From: Centroscyllium fabricii
Lineage: Eukaryota
Length of the DNA stretch: 64,000 bases
Assembly (NCBI GenBank): GCA_051313645.2
Contig: JBNRSN020000027.1
Span: 42,842,001-42,906,000, forward strand
Direction: 5' to 3'
Shown here: piece by piece, positions 33,898 to 46,562 of the stretch
Layout of the letters: each line of letters starts with the position of its first letter
How positions within the stretch are numbered: position 1 is the stretch's first letter
Notes under the pieces: model-generated
Seen by the model: the letters and a program-made list of their open reading frames with translations, nothing else
Database searches by the model: none
Told to the model about the DNA's origin: nothing
Program-made: the position numbers and the translations under genes

Positions 33898-35197
33898 CTA
33901 CAGTGGGATGTGGACCCGCCACACTGTAACTATATCCTATTGTGGTCTTGTCCAACATAATAACATATTATAAAGCCCTTTAATGCGAATACCGTTTGAT
34001 CAGGCAGCTGAATAAGTCAAATTCCACTTTTATTACATACAATTCTGTGATTTCTACCAGTGGTTTGGGAAATGTATTCCGCAATTCCACTCACTTGCAA
34101 TTAAGGCCATTCCTTTAAGGTGACTGAATAGATCGACTTCTGCTTCTGTTGCCTGGGATTACGGTATTTTTAACCAGGGTTTTAGGGACTTTTCTAAAGA
34201 CTGCAAATTAGTGAGTGAATTTGCATGTGTTGAAATGTATAATTACATCCTTGCCTATGTGTCTTAATGTTACAAGCCAAATGTAACCAGGTTCTTTCAA
34301 TGAAGGCGTACCGAATGTACAAAACAGACCCTGTTCCTTTTATGAAAGAAAATTAATTTGCTTCATTTTTGAAACGGGCCTCGATCTGATAAATCCCAGC
34401 AGCTACAGCTGCACTTTCTTCTGACTGGGATAATCTTGAAATCATTTAATCATCATCAAGTTTTATTATTTATTTTTTCCTTTCAGTCCTCGGTCTTTAT
34501 TGGCTGCAGCCATTAGGACAGGAAGTCAAACCGCTTCCAGATCTCCACAAATGCTGCTTGGAGCCATCTACACAAAGCTGTATAAAAAAACAGCTCCGGC
34601 CTTCCTCTCTTTCCAGGTGTTCCCATGCTCTGCCGTGGTGAAATACCTGGTTTCGGATCGGCCCCTCCCCAAAGCAGCACAGCCGAGATCAGGAAATCTG
34701 GTGCCGAGACTTCAGTCTGTGTTCTCCCACTGTCCTCTGTTAATGGAGTTATGCTTCCTTTTAAACCAGACAGGCAATGATCATTCACCATAAACATTGA
34801 CCACCGTAGCTTTAAAACAATTCAGTTCAGAGTTACTAATTATTCACTGCAATAATGTTGCTTCCATTCCAACTCCACTACAGTCCAATGAAAATTCCAG
34901 CCACTTTTTATTTAACAAATTTAAATTATTCACTTCGTAGCTACTAAATTTTATTTGCAACTTCCTAGCAACAACATTTCCAAGTCAGCTGTGTTTGGCC
35001 AATGTCCCAAATGGATCCTAGTAGCAGGGCTATTTTACTGTGATTGCAATCACACGGCAAGTGTTAGAATTTGACACAAATATCAAACAGTAGAAACATA
35101 ATCTTGCCATTTAAGATGGTTGCTTTTGATAATGATTTTTTTCATGGATATTTGGCCTGCTTAATTTAGTGAACATTTATTAATTTCATTGCTGCAA

Positions 35198-36190
35198 TAC
35201 TGTTTCTAGTATACATCAATGATTTGGACATGGGAGTAGGGGGTACGATCAGCAAATTTGCTGATGATATGAAAATTGGAAGGGTGGTAAATAACAATGA
35301 AGATAGTAAAAGGCTTCAGGAAGATATAAATGTAATGGTTAGTTGGGCAGAAAAATGGCAAATGGAGTTCAACCCAGAGAAATGCGAGGTCATACAATTC
35401 GGCAGACCAAATGGGGTAAGGGAATATACCATGAACAAAAAAACGTTAGGTAGGACCGAGGAACAGAGGGACCTTGGGGTACAGGTGCACAGCTCCCTGA
35501 AGGTTGCTGGACACGTAAACAAGGTGGTTAAGAAGGCATACGGAATTCTGGCCTTTATTAACCAGGGCATAGTATACAAAAGTAGGGAGGTAATGTTAAA
35601 CTTGTATAACACGCTGGTGAGACCTCAGCTAGAGTACTGTGTGCAATTCTGGTCACCGCACTTCAGAAAGGATGTGGTTGCCCTGGAGAGGGTGCAGAGA
35701 AGGTTTACCAGGATGATACCTGGTCTGGGGGACTTATGCTACGAGGAAAGGCTGGACAGGCTGGGGTTGTTTGCCTTGGAGAAGAGAAGATTGAGGGGTG
35801 ACATGATTGAGGTGTACAGGATCATGAGAGGACACGATAGGGTGGATAAAGGGGCATTGTTTCCCTTGGTGGGAGAGTCAAATACTAGGGGACATAGATT
35901 CAAGATTAGTGGGGGGGAGGTTTAGGGGGGAGGTAAGGAAAAATTTCTTTACTCAGAGGGTGGTGGAAGTGTGGAACTCCCTGCCTGTAAGGGTGGTGGA
36001 GGCAGAAACCATCGCAACATTTAAAAAATATTTGGACCAGCACATGAAGGACCGTAACATACAGGGTTATGGGCCAGGTGTGGGCAAATGGGGTTAGTAT
36101 AGTGAGGAGTTTCCTGGGCCGGTGCGGACTGGATGGGCCGAATGGCCTTTATCCGCACTGTAAAGTTTCTATGATTCTATGATTCTATGA
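35198..36190 (+). mobile_element. 5'-truncated CR1, near-identical to 31340-32343
   Basis: ORF 35224-35925 with FADD; (ATTCTATG)n tail. Confidence 0.92.
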
Positions 36191-36193
36191 ATA

Positions 36194-36580
36194 CAGGTTG
36201 AGCACCGTTAATCCGGACACCGTTAATCTGGCGACTTCAGTCGTCCGTAATGAATCCGGCCGACTGATCTGCGCATGCGCAGAATGACCACCCCGCTTGG
36301 CTGCGCATGCTCGGGCCTTCCCGAATGATGAGCGCATGCGCAGACCATTCAAAATGGCCGCCAGCTTTTCGCAGTGGCCATTTTGAATGGTCCTGAATGA
36401 TCCCCGGGCCTCCCCGAACGATGAGCGCATGCGCAGACCATTCAAAGTGGCCGCCGGCCTTTCGCGGCGGCCATTTTGAATGGTCTGTGCGTGCACTCGC
36501 GAAGCTTCAATCATTCGGAGTTTTCAAAAATTCGGCACGGTCCTGATCCCGACTGTGCCGGATTAACGGTGCTCAACCTG
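36194..36580. mobile_element. Tc1/mariner-superfamily (Tigger/pogo-like) MITE
   Basis: TIR CAGGTTGAGCACCGTTAATCCGG, TA TSD; internal GCGCATGCGC and CAAAATGGC repeats. Confidence 0.88.
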
Positions 36581-37239
36581 TATTCACATTATCTACTTAG
36601 TGCCCCTGACGTAACTGCACAAGTCTGCAAAAACTCTAGAAGCACCACTGGTGAAAAATAAAATGTAAACCATTAGCTTGCAACCAAGATGTTATTACAA
36701 ATGCATGCTATGCAGCACAGTACAGTATAGTAGCAACCTATGGTGAAGAGTGGGGACCTGCAAACCTGATTGTAAATGAACACAAACTGAGGCTTATGGC
36801 CCAGAATTTGCGGTTTGAATGACAGCGGAACTATCAGCGTTTGCCGTCATTACAACTGTGAAACTGACAGCAACATCTGGAGTACGCACATACGCAGTTA
36901 AGCGTGGAAATCCAGAAACTGCTGTCGGCCATTCTCTGCCCCTCCGCAGGGTGCGCTGTTGAACTCCCCGGAGCTGGCAATCAACTGAAATCACTGAACC
37001 GACAAAAACCTTTCCTTTTATGCTGGAAAATCACTGTTTAAAAGCCCCCGAAAAAGTTAAACCTTGTTCAGTGAGGAGGTGTAACTGTGTTTTTAATGGC
37101 GTACTATGTTATCATAACTGCTGAACAACCATTCTGGCCCTGAAAAACTAATTTCATATTTGTGGAATTTAAAATGTTTCCATTATGATAATTCCATGGT
37201 TTTTAATTTTTTTAAATGTTTGTTTGTGATATTTCACCT

Positions 37240-37469
37240 TGTGGTAAGCATGTATTTTACCACTTGTATATAGTACCTGTAAATATCTGTCGGCTGGGAC
37301 AGCCCCACCCCTAACTCCTCCCCTCAGGTCAGAGTACATAGGTGGTTGCTGACCAGCCCCCACTCATTCTTCACCTTGACCTCACCAGGAGACCAGCTCC
37401 ATTCTTAGTTAATAAAAGCCTGCAGTTTAGGTAACTACTCGTCTTTGTGTATTGATTGACGATACGTCA
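37240..37469 (+). repeat. Solo LTR of the Mag-like family (230 bp)
   Basis: TGTGGTAA...TGACGATACGTCA, shares AACTCCTCCCCTCAGGT and AATAAAAGCC with 16145-16445; TSD CACCT/CAGCT (1 mismatch). Confidence 0.85.
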
Positions 37470-37485
37470 CAGCTTCTACCTTATT

Positions 37486-38321
37486 GAGCCAGAAATTCGG
37501 GTACCTAAAGCAGATGCCCACGGCGATGCCCACGAAAAATGCCCACGGATCCGAGATGCCCATGGATCCAAAACTTCCGATGCTGAGGGAAAAGGGCCCT
37601 CAGCATGATGCCCAGGAATGAGTTGCACCCAAAACTTCCGAATCAAAAAGGGTCAAAAAGGGTCATTTTTTTCAGTGATTCTGTGGGCAACGGAGCCCAC
37701 AGATGCACTTGAAAAAAGCTTGAGTAACTCGTTGGTGAGGTGGAGAGAAACGTTCTTAACCATGGTAAGTTAATTTTTTAACTTTAATTTAATTTTTTTA
37801 CAGTTTTTGGGAGTAGTGTGGCCAGATCGGTAATGTTAAATTTTTAAGTTAAAGTTTAAATTTTTTTTTAACAAATCCGATTTTAAGTTAATTTACCTGG
37901 TTGAAATCGCTAATTTTTAAAGTTAAATTTGTGAAATTTTTAACTCTCTAGCTAATTTAAAAAATCTAGGGGGAAAAAATGGCTTTTCTTACCTGCCGTT
38001 TCTTCCTCTGAGCTGCTGCTGTGCCCCCGCGCTGCTCCCCGCGAGTTTGTTATGCAGCTCCGCACTTACCTGCTCTCACTAAGGTCCGACTCGGGATCTC
38101 GGCATTTAAATTAGGGATCGGGGGGCGTTTTCTATTTAAATTTGGGATCTGTGGGCGGGGCTTACACTTCGCACGTAACGTGGCTGGACTGCCATGTTGC
38201 GAACGAAGGGGGCGGAGCCAATTGGAAGTTTTGAGAAAAAAAAACTCCGATGTTGCTGGGCTTCGTTAGTGCTCCGCATGGTCCTAGTGCCCACCAACCG
38301 GCAAACCCGAATTTCTGGCCC
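37486..38321. mobile_element. Harbinger-like MITE family B
   Basis: TIRs GAGCCAGAAATTCGGG / CCCGAATTTCTGGCCC, flanks ATT/AAT. Confidence 0.78.
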
Positions 38322-38764
38322 AATGTGTATGTCCCAATCTTTATTTCGCTCTCTGTAAAATGATTAAAAAGTGAAGGAAAGTCGATGCATTTTACTTTCT
38401 GGTTTGTCATCTGAGAATTCTTCAATGTGATTGGCTGCTTTTCCAGCTTGATGACATCACTATTGCTGGACACTGGCGATCCCCTAGACTTGGCGCCAGT
38501 GTGAAATTAACGTTGGGAGAGGTGAAATCTGCACCACAGAGCAGCTTTCTTCGAGGCAGTGGCGAGTGCCATCACTTCGCCACTGACCGCAAAATCTGGA
38601 CCATTGTCCAAAAGCTTTTCTTGCAAGCAACACTTGATCTCGAGAAATCAACGAACCACATCATAAGCTGCACGGATTGTTGAGCAAAACTCAAGCTAGT
38701 AGCGCAATCTCCAGGTGTACAGTTTAAACATAGCCAGCAGCTTCCAATAAATGGTTTGAACACA

Positions 38765-38881
38765 GCAAAATCAAAATGCTGCAGATGCTGGAAATCTTAA
38801 ATATAAACAGAAAATGCTGGAAATACTCAGCAGGTCAGAGAGAAAACGGATTTAACGTTTCAGGTCGCTGACCTTTCGTCA
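38765..38881 (-). repeat. Penelope pLTR-derived fragment with hammerhead-like core
   Basis: Minus strand TGACGA-AAGGTCAGCGACCT-GAAACGTT; homologous to 9650-9743. Confidence 0.65.
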
Positions 38882-39020
38882 TTGGTTTAAAAAGAGCTGC
38901 CAGCTCCTGATAAAGAGTTTAAACACAGCTGACTGCTTCCACAGTTTCACCTTATCAGGGTTCAGTGAATCTCAGCAAGTTTTCATCTAGGTTTCAGTCT
39001 GTTGGGCATGACCATTTTGC

Positions 39021-40075
39021 ATGATGCATTTTGGGAGGACTAACAAGGCCAGGGAATACACAATGAATGGTAAGACCCTAGGAAAGACAGAGGATCAGAG
39101 GGACCTTGGTGTGCATGTACATAGATCCCTGAAGGCAGCAGGACAGGTGGATAAGGTGGTTAAAAAGGCATATGGGATACTTGCCTTCATTAGCCGAGGC
39201 ATCGAATATAAGAGCAGGGAGGTTATGATGGAGCTGTACAAAATGCTGATAAGGCCACAGCTGGAGTACTGTGCGCCAGGGGTCCCCAACCTTTTTCGGA
39301 CCGCGGCCCATTTTCGGCTTGTCATTTTTTTCACGGACCGGGATGGGGGGGGGTGCTGGCGGAGTTTTTTTGACTGACCAGTGGGGGGGGGGGGGGTGGC
39401 GGAGTTTTTTTTGACTGACCGGGAGGGTCTGTGAATCGGCGAATGATCTGCGCATGCGCCGATTCACAGACCCTGCCGCGGCCCGACGGCAATTGATCTG
39501 CGCTTGCGCCGATTCACAGACCCTGCTGCGGACCGGTAAAACTGTCCCGCGGACCGGTGGTTGCGGACCACTGCTGTGCGCAGTTCTGGTCGCCACACTA
39601 TAGGAAGGATGTGATTGTTTTGGAGAGGGTGCAGAGGAGATTCACTAGGATGTTACCTGGGCTGGAGCGCTTCAGCTATGGAGAAAGACTGGACAGGCTA
39701 GGGTTGTTTTCCTTAGAGCAGAGAAGGCTGAGGGGGGACCTGATTGAGGTGTACACAATTATGAGGGGCATAGATAGGGTAGATAGAAAGGAACTTTTTC
39801 CCTTAGTAGAGGGGTCAATAACCAGGGGGCATAGTTTCAAGGTGAGGGGATTTGAGGAAGAACCTTTTCACCCAGACGGTGGTTGGAATCTGGAACTCAC
39901 TGCCTGAAAGGGTGGTAGAGGCAGGAACCCTCACAACATTCAAGAAGCATTTAGATGAGCACTTGAAATGCCATAGCATGCAAGCCTATGGACCAAATGC
40001 AGGAAAATGGGATTAGAATAGACGGCTTGATGGCCGGCGCGGATACGATGGGCCGAAGAGCCTCTTTCTGTGCTG
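39021..40075 (+). mobile_element. 5'-truncated CR1 (another subfamily) interrupted by a hAT MITE
   Basis: MHFGRTNKAREY...RPQLEYC/AQFWSPHY joins across the insertion; 3' UTR at 40010-40075. Confidence 0.88.
39277..39573. mobile_element. hAT (Charlie-like) MITE
   Basis: TIRs CAGGGGTCCCCAAC / GTTGCGGACCACTG; perfect 8-bp TSD CTGTGCGC at 39269-39276 and 39574-39581. Confidence 0.92.
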
Positions 40076-41030
40076 GTCGAAGGTTGTTTTTGCGACTGGA
40101 AGCCTGTGTCCAGCGGGGTACCGCAGGGATCGGTGCTGGGTCCCTTGCTTTTTGTAGTCTATATTAATGATTTGGATATGAATGTAAAGGGTATGATTAG
40201 TAAGTTCGCTGATGACACGAAAATTGGTGGGGTGGTGGATAGCGAGGAGGGAAGCTTCAGTCTGCAGGACAATATAAATGGGTTGGTCAGATGGGCGGAA
40301 CAGTGGCAAATGGAATTTAACCCTGAAAAGTGTGAGGTGATGCATTTTGGAAGGACAAACAAGGCAAGGGAATACACAATGAATGGTAAGACCCTGGGAA
40401 AGACAAAGGATCAGAGGGACCTTGGTGTGCATGTACATAGATCCCTGAAGGCAGCAGGACAGGTAGATAAGGTGGTTAAAAAGGCATATGGGATACTTAT
40501 ATTCTATGCCTCGGCTAATAACGGTAAGAGCAGGGAGGTTATGATGGAGCTGTACAAAACGCTGGTAAGGCCACAGCTAGAGTACTGTGTGCAGTTCTGG
40601 TCGCCACACTTTTGGAAGGATGTCATTGCTCTGGAGAGGGTGCAGAGGAGATTCACCAAGATGTTACCTGGGCTGGAGCGCTTCAGCTATGAAGAGAGAC
40701 TGGACAGGCTGGGGTTGTTTTCCTTAGAGCAGAGAAGGCTAAGGGGGTCCTGATTGAGGTGTACAAAATTATGAGGGGCATAGATAGGGTAAATAAAAAG
40801 GAACTTTTTCCCTTGGTAGAGGGGTCAATAACAAGGGGACATAGTTACAAGATAAGGGGAAGAAGGTTTAGAGGGGATTTGAGGAAGAACTTTTTCACCC
40901 AGAGGGTGGTTGGAATCTGGAACTCACTGCCTGAAAGGGTGGTGGAGGCAGGAACCCTCACAACATTCAAGAAGCATTTGGATGAGCACTTGAAGTGCCA
41001 TAGCATACAAGGCTACAGACCAAATGCAGG

Positions 41031-41341
41031 TGTGGTAAACCATTATCACTAATACTATACCACTGTTGTACTACCGTACTATCACCTGTAAATACCTTAC
41101 TGCTGCCTATGTAAATACTGTACTATGATCTGTAAGTACCTGTATACCAATACATGTAGGAGCTTGCCCCGGCTGACCCCGTCTTGGACTCCACCTCCGG
41201 ACTCAGGTACTTAGGTGCTTGCTCACTCACCTCTGGTCAGTACACTCCTGAGCTCAGCCGAGACACACTCCATTCTTTAGTGAATAAAAGCCGTATAGTT
41301 AAGGTTAATTCTTCGTCTTTGGCCTTATTGATGGTACATCA
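41031..41341 (+). repeat. 5' LTR (311 bp)
   Basis: TG...CA; the 3' copy lacks 7-bp and 23-bp segments and has several substitutions. Confidence 0.92.
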
Positions 41342-41342
41342 A

Positions 41343-41356
41343 TTTTATTCACTAAA
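41343..41356 (+). other. Non-tRNA PBS-position sequence complementary to the element's own LTR
   Basis: TTTTATTCACTAAA is the exact reverse complement of TTTAGTGAATAAAA (41276-41289). Confidence 0.8.
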
Positions 41357-41365
41357 TTTTCGACA

Positions 41366-44300
41366 ATGGAGAACGCATTGAAACCGGACCGCCTAGATTT
41401 CGATCCCCAGGCACCGAGTGCAGCAAACGACTGAGCACTGATTCAACTGTTTTGAAGCCTACCTGAGAGCTATGAAAGCCGGTGACGATGACAAACTCCA
41501 GTTACTGGTCTCCAGGGTCAGCAGCCGGGTGTACTCCCTCATCAGGGACACCAAAACGTACAAGGACACCGTCGGCAAGCTGAAGGGCCATTACTTACGC
41601 CCGGTCAACTCTGTGTACGCCAGGCACCTACTGGCTGCCAGAAGACAACAGCCGGGTGAGTTCAATGCTGAATTCCTCCGGGCGCTCCAGACCCTTGTAC
41701 GGGCAATGCTGAATTCCTCCGGGCGCTCCAGACCCTTGTATGGGCCTGTGACTGCGAGGCAGTAACTGCAGCTGAGCACACCGAATACCTGGTCCGCGAT
41801 GCATACGTGGCGGGGCTCAAGTCCAGCCAGGCCCGCCAGCGGCTGCTGGAGCAGGACAAACTCTCCCTCGACTCCGCCGTCTCGCTGTCCAATGCGGTCG
41901 ACGGGGCCCTCCGGAGCATGGACTCCTACACGGCGGGTAACCCCCACGCGGGTCCATCTAATTCCTGGGCGCCGCAAACGCTGCTCCCAGTGCAGGCCCC
42001 AACGACAGCAGCGGCGGCTGCGACCCTGGTGAAGACTCCAGCAGGCCCCAGATGCTACTTCTGCGGCCAGGTGAAACACCAGCGGCAGCTGTGCCCAGCA
42101 AGGAGCGCACCCTGCGTGAAATGCGGGAAGAAGGGCCACTTCGCAAAAGTTTGTAAATCGGGCCCGGCCTCCAGACCCAACAGCGCAGCCTGCGAATCGA
42201 GCGAAGCCACTCCATGGCCACAGATATGGTGCTGCAGCGCGACCCGGCAGCGGCCGGCCACGTGCGAACCACGGGCGCCGCCATCTTAGATAGTCGCGGC
42301 CAGCCGCATGCGAACCACGGGCGCCTCCATCTTTGATACATTCGCGGCCAGCCGCATGCGAACCACGGGCGCCGCCATCTTCGCGGTGGCCATCTTGCCA
42401 CTCTCCCCGGAGACGGCCCCAGCCGTCGGAGGGCCCCAGCACACCCACAACACTGGCCTCAGCCACTATCGACCAGTCCAGGCCACACCCCTTGACTAAC
42501 TCCATGATGGCAATCACGGTTGAGGGGCACGCCACGAACTGCCTGTTTGATACCGGGAGTACGGGGAGTTTCATACACCCCAACACGGTGCGGTGCTACG
42601 CACTGCCGAACCGACCGACGCGCTACCAAATCTCCCTGGCCTCCAAGTCCCACACTGCGGACATCACCGGCTACTGCACGGTCACGCTCACGGTCAAGGG
42701 GTCCACGTACCACAATTTTAAATTGTACGTCCTCCCGCACCTCTGCGCACCAGTGTTACTGGGACTGGATTTCCAGTGCAACCTGCAGAGTGTGACGATG
42801 GCGTACGGCGGGTCCCTGTACCCCCTCACGGTCAGTAGCCGTGACGACCACAACCTACCACAGCACTCGACCTGCGGCCTGTCCACACTCCAAAGTTGAC
42901 CCACCCTCACTGTTCGCCAACCTCGACCCCAACCAAAAACCCGTTGCAACCAAGAGTCGGCAATACAGTGCAGCAGACCGGGCCTTTATCAGGACGGAGG
43001 TCGAGCGACTGCTATGGGAGGGGATCATTGAGGCCAGTACCAGCCCTTGGAGGGCCCAAGTCGTAGTGGTTAAGACCGGTGAAAAACTGCACATGGTCAT
43101 AGACTACAGCCAGACCATTAAACGATACACTGGGCTCGACGCATACCCCCTTCCCCGCATCACGGACATTGTCAACCAGATCGCCCAGTACAAGGTTTTT
43201 TTCCACCATCGCCCTTAAGTCGGCGTACCATCAGCTCCCCATTTAGGCTGCGGACCGCCAGTACACCGTCTTCGAGGTGAACGGGCGACTCTACCACTTT
43301 CTCCGGGTCCCCTTTGGTGTTACCAACGGAGTGTCGGTCTTCCAGCAGGAGATGGACCGAATGGTTGACCAGAACCTGTTGCAGGCCACCTTCCCCTACT
43401 TAGATAACGTCACCATCTGCGGCCATGATCAGCAGGACCATGACGCCAATCTCGACAAATTTCTCCGTACGGCCCGGTGTACAACGAGGACAAATATACC
43501 TTTAGTACCACCCACCTCGCTATCCTCGGCTACGTGGTGGAGAACGGGGTCCTCGGCCCCGATCCCGAGTGTATGCGCCCCCTGCAGGAGCTGCCCCTAA
43601 CCCACAATCCCAAAGCTTTGAAGAGATGTCTGGGTTTTTTCTCCTATTACGCTCAATGGGTGCCCCAATACGCAGATAAGGCCCGGCCTCTCCTCAAAGC
43701 TGCCGGTTTCCCACTTCCAGTAGAAGCCCAGGCGGCCTTCACCGGGATTAAGGAAGATATCATCAAGGTTACCATGCACGCCACTGATGAGTCCATTTCC
43801 TTCCAGGTCGAGAGCGACGCATCGGACTTTGCCCTGGCCGCCACCCTCAACCAGGCGGGCAGACCCGTCGCTTTCTTTTCCCGAACCCTACAGGGGCCCA
43901 AAATTCGCCACTCCTCGGTGGAGAAGGAGGCCCAAGCTATCGTGGAGGCAGTGCGCTACTGGCGCCACTACCTGTCCGGCAAGAAATTTACCCTGCTCAC
44001 GGAACAACGGTCAGTGGCGTTCATGTTCAACAACAAACAACGGGGTAAAATCAAGAATGACAAGATCCTGAGGTGGCGGATCGAACTCTTGACCTATGAG
44101 TATGACATTCTTTACCGGCCCGGTAAGCTCAACGAGCCCCCGGACGCCCTGTCCAGGGGAACGTGCGCCAGTGCCCAGCTCAACAGACTGCAGGCCCTCC
44201 ACGACAACCTCTGCCACCCAGGGGTCACCAGGCTCGCCCACTTTGTCAAGTCCCGCAACCTCCCCTACTCCATTACGGAGATCAAGGCCATGACCAAAGA

Positions 44301-45300
44301 GTGCCCTGTCTGTGCTGAGTGCAAACCCCAATTCTACAGGCCAGACAGGGTGCACCTCATCAAGGCCACCCGCCCCTTCGAGCGCCTGAGTGTGGACTTC
44401 AAAGGTTCCCTCCCCTCCACCGACCACAACTCGTATTTCCTCACGGTCATTGACGAGTTCTCCCGCTTCTCCTTTGCCTTCCCCTGCACAGACATGACGA
44501 GCGCGACGGTGATCAAACACTTAACCGCGATCTTCGGTCTCCTCAGCTACATCCACAGCGACCGGGGGTCGTTGTTCATGAGCGACGAACTGCGTCAGTT
44601 TCTGCTCCAGCAGGGGATTGCCTCGAGCAGAACGACCAGTTACAACCCCTGGGGGAACGGCCAGGTAGAGAGAGAGAACGGGCCAATCTGGAAGGCTGTC
44701 ACCTTGGCCCTCAAATCCAGAGGCCTTCCAGTCTCCCGTTGGCAAGAAGTCCTCCCCGACGCGCTACATTCCATTAATTCCCTTTTGTGTACCACTACTA
44801 ATGCCACGCCTCACGAGAAACTGTTTTCATTCCCCAGGAGATCGACTGCGGGGACAGCGCTACCGCCGTGGCTGACCACCCCGGGGCCCATTTTGCTTAG
44901 GAGACATGTCCGCGGCCACAAGACGGACCCCCTGGTGGAACGGGTGCACCTGCTCCACGCCAACCCGCAGTATGCGTACGTGGCATACCTGGATGGGCGC
45001 GAGGACACGGTCTCGATAAGGGACCTGGCGCCCGCCGGCGTCACGGACACCGAACCCCCGGCCGAGCTCCGGCTCTGCCAGCCGCCACCCACCGGCCACG
45101 AGACGCCCTGGCCAATACACACACGCAACACACTGGGGCCCTCGTCACCGCCAGCCGACAGCTGGGGGAATGACACCACGCCGCCAGCACCCATGGCTGA
45201 CAACACGCCCCGGGCCCCTCTGCCTCAACCACCGCAACCGGCACCCCGTCGGTCCCTCCGACAGGCAAAACCACCGGAGAGACTGATTACCCAATGCTGA
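41366..45300 (+). pseudogene. pol: Gag-Pol, multiply disrupted
   Basis: ATG at 41366, early TGA, 41-bp duplication at 41663-41744, CCHC knuckles, CLFDTGS, YLDN, and a 607-aa RT-end/RH/IN ORF at 43477-45300. Confidence 0.9.
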
Positions 45301-45380
45301 CGGCGAATGTAGACAAGCATTCACCTCGCCGGACTCAGACAAGCATTCACCCGCCGGACTCATTCTACAGAAGGGGTGAA

Positions 45381-45661
45381 TGTGGTAAACCATTATCACT
45401 AATACTATACCACTGTTGTACTACCGTCCTATCACCTGTAAATACCTTACTGCTGCCTATGTAAATACTGTACTGTGATCTGTAAATACCTGTATACTGA
45501 TGCATGTAGGAGCTTGCCCCGGCTGACCCCGCCCCTGACTCCACCTCCGGAACTTAGGTGCTTGCTCACTCACCTCTGGTCAGTACACTCCTGAGCTCAG
45601 TGAATAAAAGCTGTACAGTTAAGGTTAACTCTTCGTCTTTGGCCTTATTGACGGTCCATCA
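45381..45661 (+). repeat. 3' LTR (281 bp)
   Basis: Preceded by PPT AGAAGGGGTGAA, followed by TSD GCAGG. Confidence 0.92.
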
Positions 45662-46562
45662 GCAGGAAAATGGGATTAGAGTAGACAGGGCTCGATGGCC
45701 AGCATAGACGCGATGGGCTGAAGGGCCTCTTTCTGTGCTGTATGACTCTATGACCCATGCATTGGAGGCTGGTGCCACTGACACAGGTCTTGGCGCAACC
45801 CGATTCCAATGAACGTGATGCTTTTCGATAAGGAGGTAGCTGATCCTCAGCATTGTTTTTTGCTTGCACCAGTGTTGATTTTGAGTGAGCTTTGCTGTGA
45901 ATGGAATTTCCCTCTAATCTGCTGCAAATTACTTTCATATAATCCTGCATTAATGACCTCACAAATCAGTGTGACACTAGGCTTTCATCATTTGGGAATG
46001 CGGCAAATAATTTTTGACCGCTGGGGAAAAAAAAGCATTAAAATTTTAAACAAAAACAGCCACTATAGTGACTAATGAGTTAAAGGCTATATCCTCTCCT
46101 CCAGTTCGCTCACACATTACAGGACATTTTCTGAACCCCAAGATTAAGTTACAATTTTGTAACCCATTCCCAGGTATCTGTTCTGGATTTTAATGAGGTT
46201 CATTGAAAAACAGCTTTGCCTGAACAAGGGATAAGTCATAGACAGATGGCCAAGCTGTTGGAGTTATCAGCTAATTAAAAATGACTTAATAAGAAGTGGA
46301 ACTGGAATAATTCTTCAGTCTGACCTTTATTCAACCTTAATTAGTTACACTGTTGTGCAGTAACAAAAGATTACCCTTAAAGGAGGTTTTTATTATTGGT
46401 CAGAAGAAATGTAGTTCATTCAAGTTTATTTAAGACTCTAATTAAAATGATCTTGAATGCCTTTGTACTAGAAAGACAAACTTTGCTCTTCATTCACGTA
46501 CATTACATTATTGTTGCTAAATGTGCACAACCTGGAATAAGAAGGCATTAGTAACTGTTATA

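Larger units (their letters stand above)
36798..38602. mobile_element. Harbinger-like MITE (family F) hosting a solo LTR and a family B MITE
   Basis: TIRs GGCCCAGAATTTGCGGT / ACCGCAAAATCTGGACC; TSD not clean. Confidence 0.6.
41031..45661 (+). mobile_element. Full-length Mag-like Ty3/Gypsy element, older and degraded, no tRNA PBS
   Basis: LTRs 41031-41341 and 45381-45661, 5-bp TSD GCAGG, clear paralog of 16145-21086. Confidence 0.95.
40076..45752 (+). mobile_element. CR1 (40076-41030 plus 45662-45752), tandem to the previous copy and split by the Gypsy element
   Basis: GVPQGSVLGP and FADD in ORF 40070-40753; CCAAATGCAGG/AAAATGGGATTAG joins across the LTR element. Confidence 0.88.

Noticed and set aside
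34487-34797. Acceptor-like site and ~95-aa ORFs on both strands
   Set aside because: No recognisable domain, weak donor; cannot be supported as a CDS.
46240-46460. TAATTA-rich stretches resembling conserved enhancers (also ~140-250 and ~2180-2400)
   Set aside because: Such motifs are frequent in AT-rich DNA; needs cross-species alignment.
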